Assembly: GCF_006345805.1 (NCBI RefSeq) | Contig: NC_043023.1 | Coordinates: forward strand, 13,206,001 to 13,270,000 | Source of the DNA: Octopus sinensis | Taxonomy: Eukaryota | Reading direction: 5' to 3' | DNA length: 64,000 nt | Shown here: positions 57,467 to 64,000 of the stretch, in pieces | How positions within the stretch are numbered: the stretch's first letter is position 1 | How the letters are laid out: every line of letters starts with the position of its first letter | The notes under the pieces: generated by a model | The model's input: the letters and a program-made list of their open reading frames with translations, nothing else | Database searches by the model: none | What the model was told of the DNA's origin: nothing | Position numbers and translations under genes: made by a program

Positions 57467-59207
57467 GGATCTTTTGCTTTTGAACGGCAGACAATTTCTA
57501 GTTAACTAAACACTTTAAAACTTCGTATACTGATAGAATGTGTCAAAATAAGACAATTTTTTCTCTTGGCTTTCTTGAGAAAATTGTAATTTGTTTGTTT
57601 AACGTAGTTTAATTTTTCAAATTTTAACCAATCCTATGCCCTCTATTGAGCTAAAATCATTTGCTGTGTCTAAAAACTGAGACAACATCCTGTAACTAAC
57701 CCTAAACCTCCCCCCTAACCCTAACCCTAAATTTCTTTTTTCTTAATTGTTAAATTAATTTAATTGTTACGCGTGTAAAAAAAACTAAAGCAATGGAATT
57801 AAATTAATTTAACAATTAGGAAAAAAATTTAGGGTTACGGTTAGGGGGGAGGTTTAGGGTTAGTTACAGGATGTTGTCTCAGTTTTAGACGCAGCAAATG
57901 ATTTTAGTTGAATGGAGGTAATCGATTGGTTAAAATTGCCGAAATGCTCGGATTTTCAGACGAAATATCTTACAAACTATAGAATTTTCTCAATAAAACC
58001 AAGAGAAAATGATGTTTTATAAACACATTCTACCAGTATACGACGTTTACAAGTGTTTAGTTACGTGGAAATTATTTTAAAAAACTGCCGGTCAAACCGA
58101 AAAGATCCCAAATATCTTACAAACTATAGAATTTTCTCAATAAAGCCAAGAGAAAAAGATGTCTTATAAACACATTCTACCAGTATACGACGTTTACAAG
58201 TGTTTAGTTACGTGGAAATTATTTTAAAAAACTGCCGGTCAAACCGAAAAGATCCCAAATATCTTACAAACTATAGAATTTTCTCAATAAAGCCAAGAGA
58301 AAAAGATGTTTTATAAACACATTCTACCAGTATACGAAGTTTAAAAGTGTTTAGTTGCGTGGAAATTATTTTTTAAAACTGCTGGTCAAACCGAAAAGAC
58401 CCAAATATCTTACAAACTATAGAATTTTCTCAATAAAGCCAAGAGAAAATGATGTTTTATAAACATATTCTTCCAGTATACGAAGTTTAAAAGTGTTTAG
58501 TTGCGTGGAAATTATTTTTTAAAACTGCTGGTCAAACCGAAAAGACCCAATATCTTACAAACTATAGAATTTTCTCATAAAGCCAAGAGAAAATGATGTT
58601 TTATAAACATATTCTTCCAGTATACGAAGTTTAAAAGTGTTTAGTTGCGTGGAAATTATTTTAAAAAACTGCCGGTCAAATCGAAAAGACCCAAATATCT
58701 TACAAACTATAGAATTTTCTCAATAAAGCCAAGAGAAAAAGATGTTTTATAAACACACTAGCAGTATCGCCCGGCGTTGCTCAGGTTTGTAAGGGAAATA
58801 ACTATAAAGCATTTTTAGAGAGTTATAGCCAAAAAATAGCAAAAAAATGGGAAAAAATGATGGTAAATTTTTATTTTAGTTAAAAAAGGTAGAGTTGCGT
58901 CCCCTAGACAGTTTGCGGTTTGTGTATCTGATTCTCGACCCCATGTCGAATTTATCAATATTTTTCAGAACTGGGGGAACTTTTCAAAATTTTCGCTGCG
59001 TTAGTTTTGAATTATGACATTGGGCTATGTGTGTGTCAAATTTCATCAGAATCGGTTGAAAGCCGTGGTCAGGGTGAGGGTACAACCTGACAGACACACA
59101 GAAACACGCACAGACAAACTGCTGTTTATATAGAGAGAGATTCTACCAGTATAAGAAGTTTAAAAGTGTTTAGTTGACTAGAAATTGTGTTCAAAAGGAA
59201 AAGATCC
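57467..59207. mobile_element. Palindromic Merlin-type element whose right terminus is amplified about six-fold (147 bp)
   Basis: Mirror arms about 57467-57765 and 57790-58110; repeats to 59207; flanks taaggaag/caaggaat (6/8). Confidence 0.75.
58758..59140 (-). mobile_element. Non-autonomous Helitron
   Basis: Minus strand 5'-TC..CTAG-3' inserted between A and T of the unit ctggtagaA|Tgtgttt with no TSD; GC-rich CGCCGGGCG palindrome near the 3' end. Confidence 0.85.
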
Positions 59208-59354
59208 CAAGGAATCTAGTAGGAAATGGGAAGGGTGACCGCGATCAGTAGTCCGAATAATGCCACAACATGTGTTGGATATTCGAAGGGTGATTAGCCC
59301 TAACGATGAAGAAGGGGAAGGAGAAGCCAGCCCCATGTCTCTCTCTTTCTTTCT

Positions 59355-61383
59355 TTCCGTCTTTTACTTGTTTCAGTCATTTGACTGCGGCCATGCTGGA
59401 GCACTGCCTTTAGTCGAGCAAATCGACCCCGGACTTATTCTTTGTAAGCCCAGTACTTATTCTATCGGTCTCTTTTGCTGAACCACTAAGTGACGGCGAC
59501 GTAAACATACCAGCATCGGTTGTCAAGCAATGCTAGGGGAACAAACACAGACACACATACACATACACACACACATATGTATATATATATACGACGGGCT
59601 TCTTTCAGTTTCCGTCTACCAAATCCACTCACGAGGCATTGGTCGGCTCGGGGCTATAGCAGAAGACACTTGCCCAAGATGCCACACAGTGGGACTGAAC
59701 CTGGAACCATGTGGTTGGTAAACAATCTACTTACCACACAGCCGCTCCTGAATATATATGTATATATATATATACGACAGGCTTCTTTCAGTTTCTGTCT
59801 ACCAAATCCACTCACGAGGCATTGGTCGGCTCGAGGCTATAGCAGAAGACACTTGCCCAACATTCCACGCAGTGGGACTGAACCCGGAACCATGTGGTTG
59901 GTAAACAATCTACTTACCACACAGCCGCTCCTGAATATATATGTATATATATACGACAGGCTTCTTTCAGTTTCCGTCAACCAAATCCACTCACGAGGCA
60001 TTGGTCGGCTCGAGGCTATAGCAGAAGACACTTGCCCAAGATGCCACGCAGTGGGACTGAACCCGGAACCATGTGGTTGGTAAACAATCTACTTACCACA
60101 CAGCCGCTCCTGAATATATATGTATATATATACGACAGGCTTCTTTCAGTTTCTGTCTACCAAATCCACTGACGAGGCATTGGTCGGCTCGAGGCTATAG
60201 CAGAAGACACTTGCCCAAGATGCCACGCAGTGGGAATGAACCCGGAACCATGTGGTTGGTAAACAATCTACTTACCACACAGCCGCTCCTGAATATATAT
60301 GTATATATATACGACAGGCTTCTTTCAGTTTCCGTCTACCAAATCTGCACACAAGGCATTGGTCGGCTTGAGGCTATAGCAGAAGACACTTGCCCAAGAT
60401 GCCACGCAGTGGGAATGAACCTGGAACCATGTGGTTGGCAAGCAAGCTACTTACCACACAGCCGCTCCTGAATATATATGTATATATATACGACAGGCTT
60501 CTTTCAGTTTCCGTCTACCAAATCTGCACACAAGGCATTGGTCGGCTCGGGGCTATAGCAGAAGACACCTGCCCAAGATGCCACGCAGTGGGAATGAACC
60601 TGGAACCATGTGGTTGGCAAGCAAGCTACTTACCACACAGCCACTCCTGCGCCTATATATATACATATACACGACAGGCTTCTTTCAGTTTCCGTCTACC
60701 AAATCCACTCACGAGGCATTGGTTGGTCCGGGACTATAGCAGAAGACACTTGCCCAAGATGCCATGCAGTGGGAATGAACCCGGAACCATGTGGTTGGTT
60801 AGCAAGCGCCTTACCACACAGCCACTCCTGTGCCTATATATATACACATACACGACAGGCTTCTTTCAGTTTCCGTCTACCAAATCCACTCACGAGGCAT
60901 TGGTCGGTCCGGGACTATAGCAGAAGACACTTGCCCAAGATGCCATGCAGTGGGAATGAACCCGGAACCATGTGGTTGGTTAGCAAGCGCCTTACCACAC
61001 AGCCACTCCTGTGCCTATATATATACATATACACGACAGGCTTCTTTCAGTTTCCGTCTACCAAATCCACTCACGAGGCATTGGTCGGTCCGGGACTATA
61101 GCAGAAGACACTTGCCCAAGATGCCATGCAGTGGGAATGAACCCGGAACCATGTGGTTGGTTAGCAAGCGCCTTACCACACAGCCACTCCTGTGCCTATA
61201 TATATATATACATATATACGACAGGCTTCTTTCAGTTTCCGTCTACCAAATCCACTCACGAGGCATTGGTCGGTCCGGGACTATAGCAGAAGACACTTGC
61301 CCAAGATGCCATGCAGTGGGACTGAACCCGGAACCATGTGGTTGGTTAGCAAGCGCCTTACCACACAGCCACTCCTGCGCCTA
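59355..61383 (-). repeat. Family A SINE whose ~180-bp tRNA-head + core segment is tandemly amplified to 10 units
   Basis: ttaccacacagcc recurs every 179-185 bp. Confidence 0.9.
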
Positions 61384-61659
61384 TGGAAATCTCTTACGAA
61401 AAGTGATAGAGGAGCAGTCATCGTTAAATCATTGGGTGTGCATGCAAGAAAGATAATGACCGGAATGGAGATGTGGCGTCTGGAAGGGACCAGAAGCTGG
61501 CTGACATGACATCAAGTAAAGAAGTGACAGGTTGAAGACGGCCTTGTCCTTACGGGGTCTGGGACGTGGTCAAGTTATGTGCTAGAAACAGTTGTAGAGC
61601 AGAATATATGGATCTTTTCAGTTTGACCAGCAGTTTTACCACACAGCCACTCCAGATGC

Positions 61660-62350
61660 AGGAGTGGCTGTGTGGTAAGTAGCTTGTATACCAACCACAT
61701 GGTTCCGGGTTCAGTCCCACTGCGTGGCATCTTGGGCAAGTATCTTCTGCTATAGCCGTTGGCCGACCAATGCCTTGTGAGTGGATTTGGTAGACGGAAA
61801 CTGAAAGAAGCCTGTCGTATATATATACATATATATTCAGGAGCGGCTGTGTGGTAAGTAGATTGTTTACCAACCACATGGTTCTGGGTTCAGTCCCACT
61901 GCGTGGCACCTTGGGCAAGTGTCTTCTGCTATAGCCCCGAGCCGACCAATGCCTCGTGAGTGGATTTGGTAGACGGAAACTGAAAGAAGCCTGTTGTATA
62001 TATGTATATATATATATGTATGTGTGTGGATATGTTTGTGTGTGTGTTTGTCCCCCTAGCATTGCTTGACAACCGATGCTGGTGTGTTTACGTCCCCGTC
62101 ACTTAGCAGTTCAGCAAAAGAAACCGATAGAATAAGTACTGGGCTTACAAAAGAATAAGTCCCGGGGTCGATTCTTGACAACCGATGCTGATGTGTTTAT
62201 GTCCCCGTTACTTAGCAGTTCAGCAAAAGAGACCGATAGAATAAGTACTGGGCTTACAAAGAATAAGTCCCGGGGTCGAGTTGCTCAACTAAAGGCGGTG
62301 CTCCAGCATGGCCGCAGTCAAATGACTGAAACAAGTAAAAGAGTAAAAGA
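61660..62350 (+). mobile_element. Family A SINE with duplicated head and duplicated tail, opposite to the array
   Basis: ggctgtgtggtaagta at about 61667 and 61845; aaccgatgctg segment twice. Confidence 0.8.
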
Positions 62351-62439
62351 GAGTATCTGCTAATTTCTGATATTTTAGTTTTTTTTTGTCTCAGTTAAAA
62401 GACATTTCACTTCATGAAGTGACTACACCATGTAGCTGT

Positions 62440-62630
62440 ACAAAACCATTTTCCTCCATGAATCAGTGACTTTGAAGTCTTTTGCTGAGCTCTTTGTTGG
62501 CTTTTGCCCACAAAAGTGCACAAATGCGTATTTTATTTCCTGAAACAATGAATCCATTTTGACGCTGCTCACGGACCAAGTCTGCTACATGCTTCCCTAG
62601 AATCGGCCAGTGTGCAGTACCTCCTCTCAT
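62440..62630 (-). mobile_element. pogo/Tigger-family transposase HTH relic
   Basis: Manual translation MRGGTAHWPILGKHVADLVREQRQNGFIVSGNKIRICALLWAK..(frameshift)KDFKVTDSW resembles the CENP-B/Tc5 HTH. Confidence 0.55.
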
Positions 62631-62804
62631 GGTACATTTTGTCCTGCGTATACTCCTTAATAAATCTTTTATTATAAATATTAATTATATCTATATTTTT
62701 TGTTATTTATGTATTGTTTTATGTCTATCACTGTTTGAGTTGCTTAATCGTGGTTTTATCTCTAATTTAATTTATATTTTTATTTTTATATTTATACTCT
62801 CTTT

Positions 62805-63246
62805 TACTTGTTTCAGTCATTTGACTGCGGCCATGCTGGAGCACCACCTTTTAGTCGAGCAAATCGACCCTGGGACTTATTCTTTGTAAGCCCAGTACTT
62901 ATTCTATAGGTCTCTTTTGCCGAACTGCTAAGTTTGCTCTTTTTACTTGTTTCAGTCACTTGACTGCAGCCATGCTGGAGCACCGCCTTTAGTCGAGCAA
63001 ATCGACTCCGGAACTTATTCTTTGTAAGCCCAGTACTTATTCTATCGGTCTCTTTTGCCGAACCGCTAAGTGACGGGGATGTAAACACACCAGCATCGGT
63101 TGTCAAGCAATGCTAGGGGGACAAACACACACATACATATATATATACACATATATACGACGGGCTTCTTTCAGTTTCTGTCTACCAAATCCACTCACAA
63201 GGCATTGGTCGGCCCGGGGCTATAGCAGAAGACACTTGCCCAAGAT
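62805..63246 (-). mobile_element. Family A SINE with duplicated tail, truncated at its head
   Basis: Ends abruptly at cttgcccaagatg where the hammerhead-bearing segment begins. Confidence 0.75.
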
Positions 63247-63275
63247 GTAAATATTTTTCATACTTACATTAAATT

Positions 63276-63385
63276 CTCTGAAGAGGCCGTGAGACATTCT
63301 TGTTAATGTCTCATTTATACCTGCTTTATATGGCTAATAGGTTAAATGGGACATACCTGTCTTCACGGCCGAAACAGCTGTCAGC
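63276..63385 (+). ncRNA. Type I hammerhead ribozyme motif (Penelope-like context)
   Basis: CUGAAGA 63278-63284; stem II GGCCGUGA/UCACGGCC (63285-92 / 63363-70); GAAAC-AGCU-GUC 63371-63382; stem I only 2 bp. Confidence 0.65.
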
Positions 63386-63564
63386 TACGATGTAATTGTA
63401 TTTTCTATTTCTATTTCTATGTCTAGTTATATTTGTAATATATTATGTATAATGTCATTGCTGTTGTGTAATGGTTTAATAAAGTATTGATTGGGTATTA
63501 TCTGATGGTTGATGATTGATTTAGGTATGTTTCTCCATTTTCTCATTTTGTATATATATATATA

Positions 63565-63755
63565 TATGGCGATTTTTTTTCCTCTGTCTTCCTTTCTCTA
63601 GATCTTTCCTTATCCTATGTTTTCGATGAAGAGCTCCGCTCGAAACGTTAAACCCTCCTTCTTTCCTGAGCGTTCAATAATACTATATTTGTTCCATGTC
63701 CTCGCGTTGTTGTGTTTTTTTGTGCTTTCTTGTTTGGATTAACTATATATATATA
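63565..63755 (+). mobile_element. Penelope-like element fragment with a minimal hammerhead variant
   Basis: GUUU-UCGAUGA-A-GAGC(UCC)GCUC-GAAAC-GUU-AAAC at 63619-63653. Confidence 0.55.
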
Positions 63756-63934
63756 TATATATATACCTTTGAAACACCCATTGAGTCGAACCAGGGGCAG
63801 CCGATGAAGGGGAATATTCCTTGTATTGTTTGTCTTGTACTCTATTTTTTCGTTGTTAAAAAAAGTCCGCTTCCTTGTTTGTTTTTATATTTTCATTTCT
63901 CGTTGTGTTCTACGTTTATTTGTGGTGTCCTGTA

Positions 63935-63974
<40 letters not shown>

Positions 63975-64000
63975 TGTATATATACATATAGATGTAGGTA

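Noticed and set aside
59520-62062. Repetitive ORFs up to 208 aa (RQASFSFRLPNPLTRHW..)
   Set aside because: Chance frames through tandem SINE units; the same peptides arise from every SINE copy
63797-63825. Third hammerhead-like start (CCGAUGA-A-GGGGAAUAUUCC)
   Set aside because: No GAAA follows the stem, so the core is incomplete

Overview
AT-rich animal genomic DNA, most likely octopus/cephalopod (inferred from the SINE/LINE repertoire and the finger-only C2H2 arrays, not database-confirmed). It holds a tandem cluster of seven multi-finger C2H2 zinc-finger loci with no KRAB/SCAN/BTB domain: five on the minus strand (2.8-28.7 kb) and two on the plus strand (41-56 kb). They fall into two subfamilies. 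ZNF1, 2 and 3 have open frames. ZNF4 and 5 are disabled. ZNF6 and 7 are both cut by a stop at the same TGEK/RP linker position, with more in-frame fingers beyond it. Four minus-strand genes share a duplicated cassette of ETS (CCGGAAGT) + NRF1 (TGCGCATGCG) motifs, a putative non-coding exon 1 with a GTAAGT donor, and an intronic ~52-bp minisatellite. The rest is transposon-derived: tRNA-type SINEs (one amplified into a 10-unit array), RTE and CR1 LINE fragments, Merlin-type MITEs whose termini formed two 146-bp satellites, piggyBac MITEs, mariner/pogo/Merlin transposase relics, a Helitron, a foldback element, and Penelope-like fragments with hammerhead-ribozyme motifs, one with an intact catalytic core. 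There is a 100-N assembly gap at 52039-52138. Repeat boundaries were read by eye and are approximate unless a TSD is quoted.
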